A stretch of 64,000 bases of DNA from an uncultured bacterium (GTDB lineage Bacteria > Krumholzibacteriota > Krumholzibacteriia > Krumholzibacteriales > Krumholzibacteriaceae): NCBI GenBank assembly GCA_963747385.1, contig CAVVEY010000007.1, forward strand, positions 393,050-457,049, read 5' to 3'. Below are positions 1-11,100 of the stretch, piece by piece. The notes beneath the pieces were generated by a model that saw nothing but the letters and a program-made list of their open reading frames with translations, was not told the DNA's origin and did no database searches. The position numbers were made by a program, and so were the translations under genes. Position 1 is the stretch's first letter. Every line of letters begins with the position of its first letter.

Positions 1-1
1 A

Positions 2-2193
2 GAGCTCTACCGGATGTGGAAGGAAGATCTCTCCGCGCACTACGGGCCCGTGGTCTCGCGCGTCGGGGAGCGGGAGGTGGACGGAGAGAAGATCGCCGGG
101 AAGGGCTTCCAGAATCACTTTCCCGCGTCTGGAAAGGACGCCCGGGAATACTACTTCATATCCAACCGGGGCCGGGACTATTCGGATCTCGATCTCATGA
201 GGAAGGACCGCGAGGGCAGGGAAAAACCGATCGTTTCGAACACGAGCTCTCGATTCGGAATTTCGCCCGACGGCGGGCGGATATGCTTCGCGAGGAAAAC
301 GCGTTCGAACGATCACGGCTATCTTCGCAGCGATCTGTTTCTCTATTCGCTGGAGTCGAAGAAGGAAAAGAGGTTGACCAGGGGCTTGCGCGCGTCGAAT
401 CCCGCATGGTCCCCGGACGGAGCGCGAATCGTCTGCGCGATAACGGGAAAAGGGGCGCAGCGAATCGCCATCGTCGACGCCGCGAACGGAAGCCATTCCT
501 TTGTGACCCCGGATGTGAGCGAGCGTGAGTATATGGGACTCTCATGGGGAGCGGGGGGGATTCTCGCGACGCGCTTCGAGGGGGAGAGCCGGGACATCGT
601 TCTCGTGGATCCCGGGAGCGGGGTTGAAACGGAGATCGTCGCGACGGACGCGGACGAACGGGATCCTCGATGGAGCGACGACGGCGCGGGCTTCTTCTAC
701 GCGAGCGACCGGACGGGCATTTTCAACATTTACTATCACCCGATGGACGGATCGGGCGATCTCATGGCGACGAATTGCATGGGCGGAGCCTTCGAGCCGG
801 CGGCAGTCGGGGCGGATCTCCTGTACACCGGCTACGGCCCCGAGGGATTCGAGATACGCGCAATCGTGGATTGGAGAGCGAGCGCGGTCCCGGTCGATCC
901 GACGGCTGACGACGGACGTCTCGCCGCGCAGCGGATGTCGATCGCGGCGCGTCCGTCCGCCTGGACCGCGGATCCGGGCGCGTCCGGGGCTATCGAAGGC
1001 TCGGGCGCATCGACTTCGATTCCCGGGAAGAAATTCGGAATCGAATATACGAAGACGTTCGTGTATCCCCGGTTCATGGTCTTCCAGGGAGATCCGCGCG
1101 TCGGCGTCTTCCTGGACACGGGGGATTATCTCGGGAGACAGAGCGTATTCGCGGGCGGGTCGGTAGCCGCGAACGGCGAGTTCGATCTCAATCTCGCCGT
1201 CGAGACGAAGCAGTTCAAGCCCACCTTCGGCTTCGAAGTTTATCGGAGCCGCACGCGCTACGGCTATCAGGGGCGCTCGAAAAAGAGAACGGCGATATGG
1301 GCAATTACGATTTCAAGGTGCGTTACGATCTCTGGGACGCCTTTTTCACCGTGAAGATGGAACTCGCGCCGACTTCCCCGTTTTCCCGAAAAGAGGCCGT
1401 GCTCCAGTACAACCACGGGGAGTACGGCGTGAATATCGAGATATGGGAGCTTGCCAGGCAGCGCGAGTTCAAGGGGGAAATCGGCTGGAACTACTACATC
1501 GCGGACGAGCTGTCCCTCCTCTGGCATTACCGGAGCGTTCGCGAGGAGGTCGACGGCGATATCAACCCGAGGAGCGGCAGGAGTCTCGATCTCGAAATAA
1601 CGAAGGCGTTCGACAAGCTCCACTCGGGGGAATTCGCGAGCGGTCTCTTCAGGCCGATTTACGACAAGGATTACTTCGGCCGGTACACCTTTCTCTACGA
1701 GGAATTCGTTCCGCTTCCGCTCGGGCGGCATGCGCTCTCGCTGCAGGTTCGGGGGGGAGCGATCGACAAGAGCACGATCAACGATTTCTTCTATCTCTAT
1801 CTCGGGGGCCGCGACGGCCTGCGCGGATACTCGTACTACAGCCTCGGCGGAACGAGAATGGCCCTGGGCCGCCTCACCTACCGCTTTCCCGTTTGGCGCG
1901 GCATCAACAAGCAAGTGTCCGTTCTCTATCTCGGGTCTCTCTACGCGGGGATCTTCGCCGAGGCCGGCAAGGCATGGACAACGGACGAGCTCGACCTGAA
2001 CGGAAATCAGAAGGACGTGGGATTCGATCTGCGCCTCAAGGGTTTCACTTTCTACAGTTATCCGGTGGCCGCCTCGTTCGAGGCGGCATACAGTCTCAAC
2101 GACGTCGCGTACATCGCCCCATTTACGGCCGAAACGACGGTCTACGAAAAGAACGATTGGAAGTTTTACGGAAGCGTGCTGTTCAGCTTCTGA
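2..2193 (+). CDS. Outer-membrane protein: PD40/TolB-like beta-propeller fused to Omp85/BamA-type barrel (5'-partial; one frame break near 1271)
   Basis: The frame-2 ORF is open from the window edge to 1354 and has PD40-type repeats (ISPDGGRICFA, WSPDGARIVCA, RWSDDGAGFFYASDRTG). The frame-1 ORF 1297..2193 is a surface-antigen barrel (LGGRDGLRGYSYYSLGG, terminal GSVLFSF). The sense continues across a G4 run at 1270-1273 (RYGYQG|ALEKENGD). Confidence 0.7.
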
Positions 2194-2215
2194 CATGGGA
2201 TAGGCGGCGACCGGG

Positions 2216-3629
2216 ATGAAGGTAACGCTCGCGGGATTCAACGCGGAAGCTGGTCTTCTCGCCGAGATGCGGAAGCGTTTCGGCGAGGCGGTGACGCCCG
2301 AGGTCATTTCGGCTGCGTACGCCCGCATCAGCAGGGATCCGAAGGGCGTCTCGGCCCTTCGTGAAGAGGCGCGCGGGGCCGTTGAAAAGGCGCGGCGATC
2401 GAACGAGCGCATCGTCTTCGGTCTCGGGCACGCCTCGGTGGCCGAGCACGCCGTCGTCAATCTCGATCTCACCGGTCTCTCGCGGCTCGCCGTCGAGGAG
2501 CTCGAACGTTTCCGGCTCGCCTCGTATACGGAGAAATCCCAGCGATACATCCGTCTCGCGCGCGACGTTGTCGTGCCCGCGGAAATCAGGGATGCCCGGG
2601 TCGAGCGGGAGTTCCGTTCCCTCGTGAGCGGCCTGCACGATGCGTACGAGACCGCATACCGGAGCATTGCGGCTTGTGGAGAGGATCCGGGCGCGGCCAA
2701 GGAGGACGCCCGCTACCTCATGCCGCTCGCGACCGCGACTCAGCTCGGCATGACGGTGAACGCGCGGGAGCTCGAATACGTGATACGGCGTCTCGCGGGG
2801 CATCCTCTGCGGGAGCTTCGGGATCTCTCCGGGAAGCTGTTCAGGACGACGAAGGAGCTGATCCCGTCTCTCATCCGATACGCCGAACCGGGACCGCACT
2901 ATCGTGAAATGCCCGACGCGATGCGGGAGATCGCGGCGATGGTCCCGCGCCGCGCGGGGGATCGGGACCCGGCCGGCGCTTCCGTGCGCCTGATGGACGC
3001 CACTCCGGAGCCGGATACGCGGCTCGCGGCGACGATCATCTTCTCCGCTCGCGGCGTTTCCATGCGGGATGCGATCGCCGCCGCGAGCGCGCCTCGGAGA
3101 GAAGGGAAGAGCGCGGGTGGTTCTCGGCGCGTTGAAGCGTCTCGAGCGGCACGACTCGGTCTGGCGGGAGTTCGAAACGGTCCAGTTCGTCTTCGAAATA
3201 GTCCTGTCCGCGTCCTGCTACGCGCAGCTCAAGCGGCACCGGATCGCGACGCTTCTGCCTCAGCCGTACGATCCGGGACTCGGGCTCTCGATCCCCGCGA
3301 CATTCGTCAAGGCGAGGAGGGTCGCGCTCCTGCGCGACGCGGCGGCGCGCGCCGGACGTTTCTACCGTTTGCACGCGCCTCGGCTCGGGCGGGCCGCCGA
3401 GTACGCTCTGCTGAACGCCCATCGGAGGCGCGTGCTCTTCTGCCTCAATCTGCGGGAGCTCTACCATTTCTCGCGGCTGAGAAGCGACATGGCCGCGCAG
3501 CGGGAGATCCGGATCATATCCGATGAGATGTGCCGTATCGCCGCCGAAACCGTTCCGTACGGTGCGCTGCTCCTGGGGGGAAAGGACAGCTTCGCGGAGA
3601 AGAGGAAATCCGTTTTCCCCGAAGAATAG
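2216..3629 (+). CDS. thyX: Tandem-domain FAD-dependent thymidylate synthase ThyX-like protein (one frame break near 3090)
   Basis: The first half has RFRLASYTEKSQRY, a variant of the ThyX RHRxxSxxxxSxRY signature. The second half has LKRHRIAT. Frame 2 (from ATG 2216) hands over to frame 0 (ORF 3069..3629, TAG stop) around AIAAASA|LGEKGRARVV. Confidence 0.65.
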
Positions 3630-3695
3630 CCGTTGCCCCGGGCCGGGATGCCCGCGAGGCGGGAATCGGGCGCATTGCCGCAAGGAGGTTCGCGC

Positions 3696-4355
3696 ATGGA
3701 GCCGTATGTAACCTCGAAGAACCTGCGAGAGAAAACGGAGCGCTGGCTCGGGAACATCGCTCCGTTCAATCAGCACGAGATGCGGCTCAACCCCGGCACG
3801 AGCGCTCTTCTGGTTATCGACATGCAGGAGTTCTTTCTCGATCCGGCCTCTCCCACGTTCACGTGCGGCGGGGCGGCGATCGTCCCGACACTGAAGGAGA
3901 TGATCGACGCGTTCAGGGCAGCCGGGCGCCCCGTTATCTTCACGAAGCACGTTCATCATCCGGACAATCTGGATAGCGGCATCATGCGATCGTGGTGGAA
4001 GGGCATGTGCGTCGAAGGAAGCGCGGAGAGCGAGATTCATCGCGACATCGCGCCGCTTCCGGGAGAAAAGGTCGTTTCGAAGCACCGGTACTCCGCGTTC
4101 TACGGCACGGATCTGGAGATCGTATTGCGATGCCTCAAGATCGAGGATCTGGTCATTTGCGGCGTGTTGACGAATCTGTGCTGCGAGTCCACGGCCAGGG
4201 ACGCGTATTTCCGCGACTTCCGGGTTTTCATTCCCGCCGACGGCACGGCGAGCATCAACGAGGAAATGCATCTCGCAAGCCTTCTCAATCTCGCGTTCGG
4301 TTTCGCGTTCGTTTCCGGCGCCGGGAGGTTAATCTCGGATCTGAGGGCGCTATGA
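3696..4355 (+). CDS. Isochorismatase-family cysteine hydrolase
   Basis: ATG 3696 follows AAGGAGG (3682-3688). Motifs include ALLVIDMQEFF, KHRYSAFYGTDL and the Cys context GVLTNLCCESTARDA. The stop overlaps the next start (ATGA at 4352-4355). Confidence 0.8.
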   Translation: MEPYVTSKNLREKTERWLGNIAPFNQHEMRLNPGTSALLVIDMQEFFLDPASPTFTCGGAAIVPTLKEMIDAFRAAGRPVIFTKHVHHPDNLDSGIMRSWWKGMCVEGSAESEIHRDIAPLPGEKVVSKHRYSAFYGTDLEIVLRCLKIEDLVICGVLTNLCCESTARDAYFRDFRVFIPADGTASINEEMHLASLLNLAFGFAFVSGAGRLISDLRAL

Positions 4356-4894
4356 GCGCTTTTATGGATCTGGTGACGAAGCGAAGGAGCGTCAGGGACT
4401 ATCGGCCGGATCCGGTTCCGCGGGATATGATCGAGTCGTGCGTCGAAGCGGCGCGTTTCGCGCCGAGCGCGTCGAACACGCAGGGATGGCGTTTCTTCGT
4501 CGCCGAGGGAGAATCGAAAGACCGGCTCGTGAAGGAGGCGACGGGAGGGATCGTCGTGCCGAACCGGTTCGCGGCCGGAGCTCCCGTCATCGTCGCCCTC
4601 GCCATGAAGCTCGACGTCGTGACGCATCGGATCGGAGCCGGCATAAAGGGCATCGACTATCACCTCGTCGACGCGGGAATCGCGGGCGAGCATTTTGTCC
4701 TTCGGGCGGCCGAACTCGGTCTCGGGACGTGCTGGATCGGATGGTTCGACAAGAAAGCGGCGAGGCGCATTCTCGAAATCCCGTCGAATTGGGACGTTCC
4801 GGCTCTCATCACCGTCGGATTCCCGGCCGGGGAGCCGAAGGCGATGGAAAGGCGCAGCGCGGGCGAAATCTGCACGTTCAGGAGCGGGAAGTGA
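4352..4894 (+). CDS. Nitroreductase-family flavoprotein
   Basis: Motifs KRRSVRDY, SASNTQGWRF and LGTCWIGWF. Translationally coupled to the upstream hydrolase. The 3' end overlaps the convergent GT4 gene by 17 nt. Confidence 0.8.
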   Translation: MSAFMDLVTKRRSVRDYRPDPVPRDMIESCVEAARFAPSASNTQGWRFFVAEGESKDRLVKEATGGIVVPNRFAAGAPVIVALAMKLDVVTHRIGAGIKGIDYHLVDAGIAGEHFVLRAAELGLGTCWIGWFDKKAARRILEIPSNWDVPALITVGFPAGEPKAMERRSAGEICTFRSGK

Positions 4895-5975
4895 TTCTCC
4901 GGTAAATCTCGTCATACTGTCGCGCGATGACCGCCCAGTCGTGATTCCGGCGGACGGTTTCGCGGGCGCTGACTCCGAGGGCCTCGGCTTCGGCTCTATT
5001 TTCGAGCGCGCGGCGAATGCCGGCGGCAAGGGACTCGGCGTCGGAAACGCGAAACGGAATCCCGAGCCCGCGGGCGACCGTTTCGTTCTCGGGTATGTCG
5101 CTGTACACGGTCGGGACCCCGTACGAGAGACCCTCGAGAAGCGTCATGGACATGGCCTCGTATTCGGAGGGAAAAATGAAGACCCGCGCGTGGGCATAGA
5201 GGGAATAATACTCGTCGCCTTCGAGAAATCCGACGAAGGTGACTCCCTCGGGCTTGCCCGCCTTCAGCTCCTCGAAGTACGCGTCGTCGGTCGCGCTTCC
5301 CCCGCCGGCGATGACGAGGGGGAGTTTCGAGCCGAGTCTTCGATACGATTCGACGAGAGTCGTGAGCCCTTTTGTCCGCTCGATGCGCCCGGCCGACGAA
5401 AAGAGATAACCCCCGGGATCGAGATTCCACCTTCGGAGCCAGCTCGCGTCCGGCTTATTCCCGAACGAAATTCCGTTGGGGATGTACGAGACTTCCTTCC
5501 CGTAGCGCTCGAGGTAATAATCGCAGAGCGGCTTCGAAACGCAGGTGACCGCCTTCGGATAGCCGATAAACATGCGTTCGGCGGCCTTCGACATCGTCCT
5601 CGCCGCGAGTCCCCATTTGCGGCGCAGGTACGCTTGCCCGTGTGAAGTAGCGACGATCCCGCAGCGGGGACGTGGAAGCCAGGCGAGAAGGCAGGGATCG
5701 GTGCTGTGAATGTGAACGATGTCGAACCGCTCGCGTCGCGCGTCGAGGGCGGCGTTCCACATGTGGGAAATCATCTCGAGGTTCTTGCGTTCGCTTCCCG
5801 GGACGGTCCGGATGCGCGCGCCGCGATAATCCGCGGTCGGTTTCGTATAGCTCTCGTATCCGTATACCGTGATCGTATGCCCGAGGGAAACGAGATGGGG
5901 AATGAGGGAATCGACGACGACCTCGACGCCGTGGTGCCCGGGCACGCCTTTTATGCCCATGATCGCGATATTCAT
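4878..5975 (-). CDS. Glycosyltransferase, GT-B fold, family 4-like
   Basis: The internal ATG (CAT at 5973-5975) gives MNIAIMGIKGVPGHHGVE. The C-terminal part has an E-x7-E motif (EAMSMTLLE). The upstream part of the 512-aa track ORF is Arg-rich nonsense overlapping the rSAM gene. Confidence 0.8.
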   Translation of the reverse strand: MNIAIMGIKGVPGHHGVEVVVDSLIPHLVSLGHTITVYGYESYTKPTADYRGARIRTVPGSERKNLEMISHMWNAALDARRERFDIVHIHSTDPCLLAWLPRPRCGIVATSHGQAYLRRKWGLAARTMSKAAERMFIGYPKAVTCVSKPLCDYYLERYGKEVSYIPNGISFGNKPDASWLRRWNLDPGGYLFSSAGRIERTKGLTTLVESYRRLGSKLPLVIAGGGSATDDAYFEELKAGKPEGVTFVGFLEGDEYYSLYAHARVFIFPSEYEAMSMTLLEGLSYGVPTVYSDIPENETVARGLGIPFRVSDAESLAAGIRRALENRAEAEALGVSARETVRRNHDWAVIARQYDEIYRRITSRS

Positions 5976-5992
5976 CGATTGATTCCCGTCGG

Positions 5993-6991
5993 TTACCCGC
6001 GGCACAGGCCCGGCTTGCCCCGGAGGATTCTCAATTTGCTTCTCAGGACCCAGAGGACCGGTTTGAGAGGCGCGCGGCGCATTGCCGGCACAGCGGTGCC
6101 GGTCATCCAACAATTTCGGTCGCACGAACCGACGCGATCGCGGATCTCGGCGGCGATGCGGCCGTTCCAGATTTCGTCGAACGACTGTGTCTTCAAGTCC
6201 CCCATGATCCATGGTTCGGCGGATCCGTTGCACGCGAGAACGCGGCCCCAGGGATCGACGAAGAAGGTATCGGTGCCGGCGCCGCACGGGATGGGACGCT
6301 TTTCTCCCCGGACGTGAGCGAGCAGTCCGAGATTCAGATACGCCCTGAACCAGTCCTTGACCCGCTTCCGGAGCGCGCGCCGCGGCGAACGCAGGAGGGC
6401 TTCGATGAAGCGGCATATCGCTTCATCGGCCTCGCCGACGTTCGAGATCGCATTGTCGTTCTTGAAGAAGTAGAAAGAATTATGGACGACCGCGTTGGCG
6501 AGCTCGATGTCCATCGAAGCCGCAAGCGTGTAAACGTCGAGAAGGTCGCGGCAGTTCTCGCCGGAGATCGTCATGGCGAAGCCGATATCCTCGAGGCCGA
6601 GGCGCTTGAGGCGCAGCATCGAACGCATCGCGTGATCGAATCCGTCCTTGATGCCGCGGAGCGCGTCGTTTGTCGCCGGGAGCCCCTCGACGCTGACCCG
6701 CACCGTGAGCCGGGGGAACTTTCGCGCGATTTCTTCGAGCCGGTCGCAGAAGTAACCGTTCGTGCTGATCTCGAGACGTTTCGTTTTCGAGTCGAGGATC
6801 TCGACGATCCTCATGAGATCCTTGCGAAGGAGCGGTTCGCCCCCCGTGATATTGAGACGTTTCATCCCGGCGGGGATCTTGCGCAGGATTTCGGGATCGA
6901 ACTCCTCCGAAGCCGCGCTCGGATTCTGCCATGCCGCGCACATGCGGCATTTGGCGTTGCAGCGGTAGGTCGTTATGATCGCGCATTCCAT
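5993..6991 (-). CDS. Radical SAM enzyme with SPASM-like C-terminal Cys cluster
   Basis: CNAKCRMC (CxxxCxxC) is at residues 11-18, followed by GGEPLL. C-terminal cysteines: PCGAGTDTFFVDPWGRVLAC and GSCDRNCW. It lies 17 nt upstream of the GT4 gene on the same strand. Confidence 0.8.
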   Translation of the reverse strand: MECAIITTYRCNAKCRMCAAWQNPSAASEEFDPEILRKIPAGMKRLNITGGEPLLRKDLMRIVEILDSKTKRLEISTNGYFCDRLEEIARKFPRLTVRVSVEGLPATNDALRGIKDGFDHAMRSMLRLKRLGLEDIGFAMTISGENCRDLLDVYTLAASMDIELANAVVHNSFYFFKNDNAISNVGEADEAICRFIEALLRSPRRALRKRVKDWFRAYLNLGLLAHVRGEKRPIPCGAGTDTFFVDPWGRVLACNGSAEPWIMGDLKTQSFDEIWNGRIAAEIRDRVGSCDRNCWMTGTAVPAMRRAPLKPVLWVLRSKLRILRGKPGLCRG

Positions 6992-7019
6992 GGCGGAATA
7001 TTTCCTTCTGCCGGCCGGA

Positions 7020-7943
7020 TCAACGCCGGTTCGGGCTCTTCGTTCGCACGCTGTCGGGCTTTCTTTCGGGTGGCTGCTGTTCCGGAGGCGCGGAGGGCTT
7101 TCTCGGAGCGAGCACGTCGCGTTTCACTTCGGGGGAATACTTCTCCACCCTCTGCTTCTGGAGCCGGGGAAGTATCATGCGTTCGAGGCTCGAATCCCTC
7201 GGGGCGATCGATTTCGGCCGATCCGCGGCAGGCCGCGTTCGGACATCGACGGGTTCCTTCCGGATAATGACGGGGGCCAGGCTCCTCTTGTCGCGCTCCC
7301 TGATGATTCTGATATCGGGCGGCCGTTCGCTGACGGCCTCTCTTGTGGCGAGCTCGCGCGGAAGGGGTTTCGTTATCCTCCGGCGGCCGATGTTGTCATC
7401 GGTGAACTTGTCGATTTCGACGACGATCCAGACGTCGGTATCGAAGGGGTCCCAGGGAGCGGGCCAGTACACGTCCGGGGGAGGAAGGGGCGCCCAGGCG
7501 CAATAATCGTCGAAGGTGTACCATTGGACGCGAGCCGGGGACCAGGTGTCGTCGGGTACCCAGAACCAGCCGATCCCGCGCCGGAAGTCCCAGAAGCCAT
7601 AGTGATACACGAGCCAGCCGAACGGCTCGTAGGATACCCACGCCCATCCGTCGTTCGTCCACATCCAGTGCCCGTGATAGAACGGCGCCCAGCCGGATAC
7701 GACGAACGGTTGCCAGGCGATGCCGTATGGAGGCATTTCGAACCATTCTCCGTAGCTCTCGAGATACTGAACGTCGTTGACGGGTTCTTCGGCGCTTGCG
7801 CCTCCCTCATACGACGCGGGAACGCAGCCGGCTTCGAAGAGGAGCCCCGCAACGAGAAGCGCCGGGAGCGATACGGCCCTTCGCCGGGAAATAATCCGGG
7901 TGATTTCGGCGAACACGTCGGTCCTCCCATGGTTACGTTCCAT
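7020..7943 (-). CDS. Trp-rich secreted/lipoprotein of unknown function with Lys/Arg/Pro-rich tail
   Basis: A start at MERNHGR (CAT 7941-7943) gives the signal-like LPALLVAGLLFEAGC. The core is packed with W/Y/F repeats (YHGHWMWTNDGWAWVSYEPFGWLVYHYGFWDF). The C-terminal 120 aa are basic and proline-rich. It ends 28 nt before the rSAM start. Confidence 0.55.
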   Translation of the reverse strand: MERNHGRTDVFAEITRIISRRRAVSLPALLVAGLLFEAGCVPASYEGGASAEEPVNDVQYLESYGEWFEMPPYGIAWQPFVVSGWAPFYHGHWMWTNDGWAWVSYEPFGWLVYHYGFWDFRRGIGWFWVPDDTWSPARVQWYTFDDYCAWAPLPPPDVYWPAPWDPFDTDVWIVVEIDKFTDDNIGRRRITKPLPRELATREAVSERPPDIRIIRERDKRSLAPVIIRKEPVDVRTRPAADRPKSIAPRDSSLERMILPRLQKQRVEKYSPEVKRDVLAPRKPSAPPEQQPPERKPDSVRTKSPNRR

Positions 7944-8034
7944 CCTGCTCGAACGTATGATGCGGTGCGGGAATCCCGGGGTCAAGGCAAATCCCGGGTT
8001 TCGAAAGGGTGGCCGCCGATTGTGCATTGCGCTG

Positions 8035-8063
8035 TTGTCGCCCCCGCATCGATCATATAGAAT
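8035..8063 (+). promoter_or_regulatory. Candidate sigma-70-type promoter for the sensor gene
   Basis: TTGTCG (8035-8040), a 17-nt spacer, then TAGAAT (8058-8063). It lies about 90 nt upstream of ATG 8154. Confidence 0.3.
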
Positions 8064-8153
8064 GGGGTGGTGGAGAGATCTGTTCTTCGCGTCGGGTCCG
8101 GAAGGTCTCGCGGCGCTTGATTACGATCGGCGATAGGAAAGGAGGCAACCCGA

Positions 8154-11100
8154 ATGAGGCGATCCCTCATCTCTCGCAGGATCGAAAAAGGCGTTTTTCG
8201 GAATTTCGCGTTGACGCTGGCAACGGTTCTGATCGCCGTCATGAGCCCGACGCGCTCCGCGATCGCGCAGATGGAGGCGGTGGTCTTTGAACAATTATCG
8301 ATCGAAGAGGGCCTTTCCCAGAGCATCGTCGAATGTATCCTGCAGGACAGCAGGGGCTTCATGTGGTTCGGCACGCAGGACGGCCTGAACAAGTTCGACG
8401 GGTATGACTTCACCGTGCTCAAGCAAAGTCCCGGGGAATCCGAACAGCTTGAGCGCGAATTGGGTGCTGTCGCTCTGCGAAGATCGCACGGGGCTCATCT
8501 GGATCGGAATATTCAACGGTGGCCTCAACAGCTACGATCCGGCGACTGACCGTTTCAGAAGCTACCGTGCGATTTCCGGCGATCCGAACAGCCTCAGCCA
8601 CGACCTCGTCCGGACAATCTACGAGGACAGCCGGGGAACCATTTGGATCGGCACGGACGGAGGGCTGAATCGATTCAACCGGGAGACGGGCGCGTTCGTT
8701 CAGTACCATGCCGATCCCGCAAATTCGAGGAGTTTGAGCAGCGACGCGATCAGGCGAATCGTGGAGGACCGGTCCGGTTTCCTCTGGATCGGCACCGATG
8801 ACGGGTTGAACCGACTCGATCGGGCCACGGGGGAATCGATGCGTTTCAGAAACGTGCCCGGCGACCCGCGAAGTTTGAGCGATAACGCCATTCGATCGAT
8901 CTACCGGGACCGGAACGGCGTTATCTGGATCGGCACCGAGAACGGATTGAACTCGTTCAATCCGGAGACGAGGGATTTTGATCGTTTCATGCACGATCCC
9001 GGCGATCCGGCCAGTCTGAGCCACAACGCGGTCTATTCGATATTGGAGGATTCGAAGTCGACGCTGTGGATCGGAACGAACGGAGGAGGGCTCGATCGTT
9101 TCGACAGAAAAACGGGGAGATTCATCACGTATCGAAACGATCCCTGCGATCCCTTCAGCTTGAGCTACAACGAAATCTACTCCCTCTGCGAGGACCGGTC
9201 GGGGGTGCTCTGGATCGGAACGTGGGGCGGCGGAATCAGCAAATTCAACACGAAGAAGAAGGAATTCGTACATTACAAGAGAGAAGTGAACGATCCGAAC
9301 AGCTTAAGCCATGAATTCGTATGGTCGCTTTACGAGGATGCGGACGGCATTCTGTGGATCGGCACTCATGGGGGCGGGCTGGATAGATTCGACCGCCGGA
9401 AAAGCGAATTCAAGCACTATCGGAACGATCCCCGAAATCCAAACAGCCTGAGCAACAATATCGTGCGCGTGATTTCCGCCGATCGGTCGGGAGTGATGTG
9501 GCTCGGGACGAACGGCGGCGGGATCGACAGGTTCGATTCGAAAACCGGGAAATTCACCACGTATCGAAACGATCCGAACGATGCCACGAGTCTGAGTCAC
9601 GACGAAATCCGGTGCATTCTGATGGACCGAGCGGGTGTGCTCTGGATAGGCACCAACGGGGGAGGGATGAACAGCTTCGATCCGCAGCTCGGGCGATTTG
9701 TGCGCTATCGAAACGATCCGCGCGATCAGAAGAGCCTGAGCAACGATTTCGTCAGAACCGTCTATGAGGATTCCTCGGGCATATTCTGGATCGGAACCTG
9801 GGGCGGGGGCCTGAACAGATTCGACAAAACGAGCGGAATATTCAGCGCGTATGCGGCGAATCCGAGTGACTCCGCCGGCATCGGCAACGATTACATCATG
9901 TCGATCTATGAATCGAAGGACGGAGATTTGTGGATAGGAACGTGGGGAGGGGGCCTGGAGCGATTCGATCGCACGCGGGAGAGGTTCAGAAGCTATACGG
10001 AGCGGAACGGTCTCCCCAGCAACGCGATCTATGGAGCGCTCGAGGACAAGGAAGGGAATCTCTGGCTCAGCACCACGAACGGGCTTTCGAGATTCAATCC
10101 GAAGACGGAGGTTTTCAAGAACTTCACGTTTCAGGACGGGCTCCAGAGCAAGGAGTTCAACGCGGGCGCGTACCACAAGAGCCGCAGCGGCGAGATGTTT
10201 TTCGGCGGCATCAACGGGTTCAACGCGTTTTACCCTCGAAATATCAAGGACAATTCATATATTCCGCCGATCATCGTCACGTCCTTCACGAAGCTCAACC
10301 ACGAAGTGAAGCTGGATGTGCCCGTATCGGAACTGAAGAGTGTGAAGCTCTCGTACCGGGATTACGTGTTCTCGTTCGAGTTTGCCGCCCTCGACTTCAC
10401 CGCGCCCGGCAAGAATCTTTATGCGTACAAGATGGAGGGTCTGGACAAGGAGTGGGTCTATACGAACTCGACCAAGCGATTCGCGAGCTATACTACCCTG
10501 CCTCCGGGGAAATACGTATTCAGGGTCAAAGGCTCGAACAACGACGGCGTATGGAACGAAGCGGGGACGGCGGTATCCATCGCGATAACGCCGCCGTTCT
10601 GGGGGACATGGTGGTTCAGATTTCTTGTGATAGGGGCGACGGCGATGCTCGCGGTCTTCTGGTATCGGCGGAGGCGCACCTCAATATTCCTCGAAGCGGA
10701 GCTGCGGGCGGCGCATGACGCGCAGATGTCCATCATGCCCCATGTCGATCCGGTCGTGCAAGGATTCGATATTTCCGGAATCTGCATACCCGCGAATGAA
10801 GTGGGGGGGGATTTCTTCGACTATTTCTGGCTGGGCGAGGGGCGGACGAGGTTCGGGCTCGCGGTCGGCGACGTTTCGGGGAAAGCGATGAAGGCGGCCA
10901 TGATCGCAGTCATGTCCAGCGGGATGATCTCGTCGAAAGCGGATGAATCCTTCGCCCCGGCCGGGACGCTGACAGGATTGAATCGTCCGTTGTTCTCGAG
11001 AACGAACGAAGAAATCTATACGGCTCTCTGGCTCGGCGCGCTCGACGTGGAGTCGAAAACGCTCACCTTCGCGAACGCGGGTCTTCTCTCGCCGTTGCTC

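Noticed and set aside
1267-2700. Long antisense or off-frame ORFs. Examples: 1267..2700(-), 3036..4271(-), 13367..14803(-), 16757..17818(-), 21674..23401(-), 36743..38404(-), 45453..47513(-), 49150..50694(-), 59809..61389(-), 61977..63794(+).
   Set aside because: They are Arg/Pro/Gly/Ala-rich with no recognisable motifs. They fully overlap strongly supported genes in another frame or on the other strand. Such ORFs are typical stop-poor shadows in GC-rich DNA.
7970-8012. The direct repeat AATCCCGGG...AATCCCGGG in the divergent region between the Trp-rich gene and the sensor gene, as a possible operator.
   Set aside because: It is only 9 nt long, the CCCGGG core is trivially frequent in GC-rich DNA, and there is no supporting second copy elsewhere in the window.
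8400-10150. A periodic nucleotide repeat, possibly a tandem-repeat or CRISPR-like array.
   Set aside because: The periodicity of about 130-140 bp is protein-level. It reflects regulator-propeller blades with the motif NSLSxNxV...WIGT, inside one long ORF. The copies are divergent at the DNA level and there is no spacer/repeat structure.
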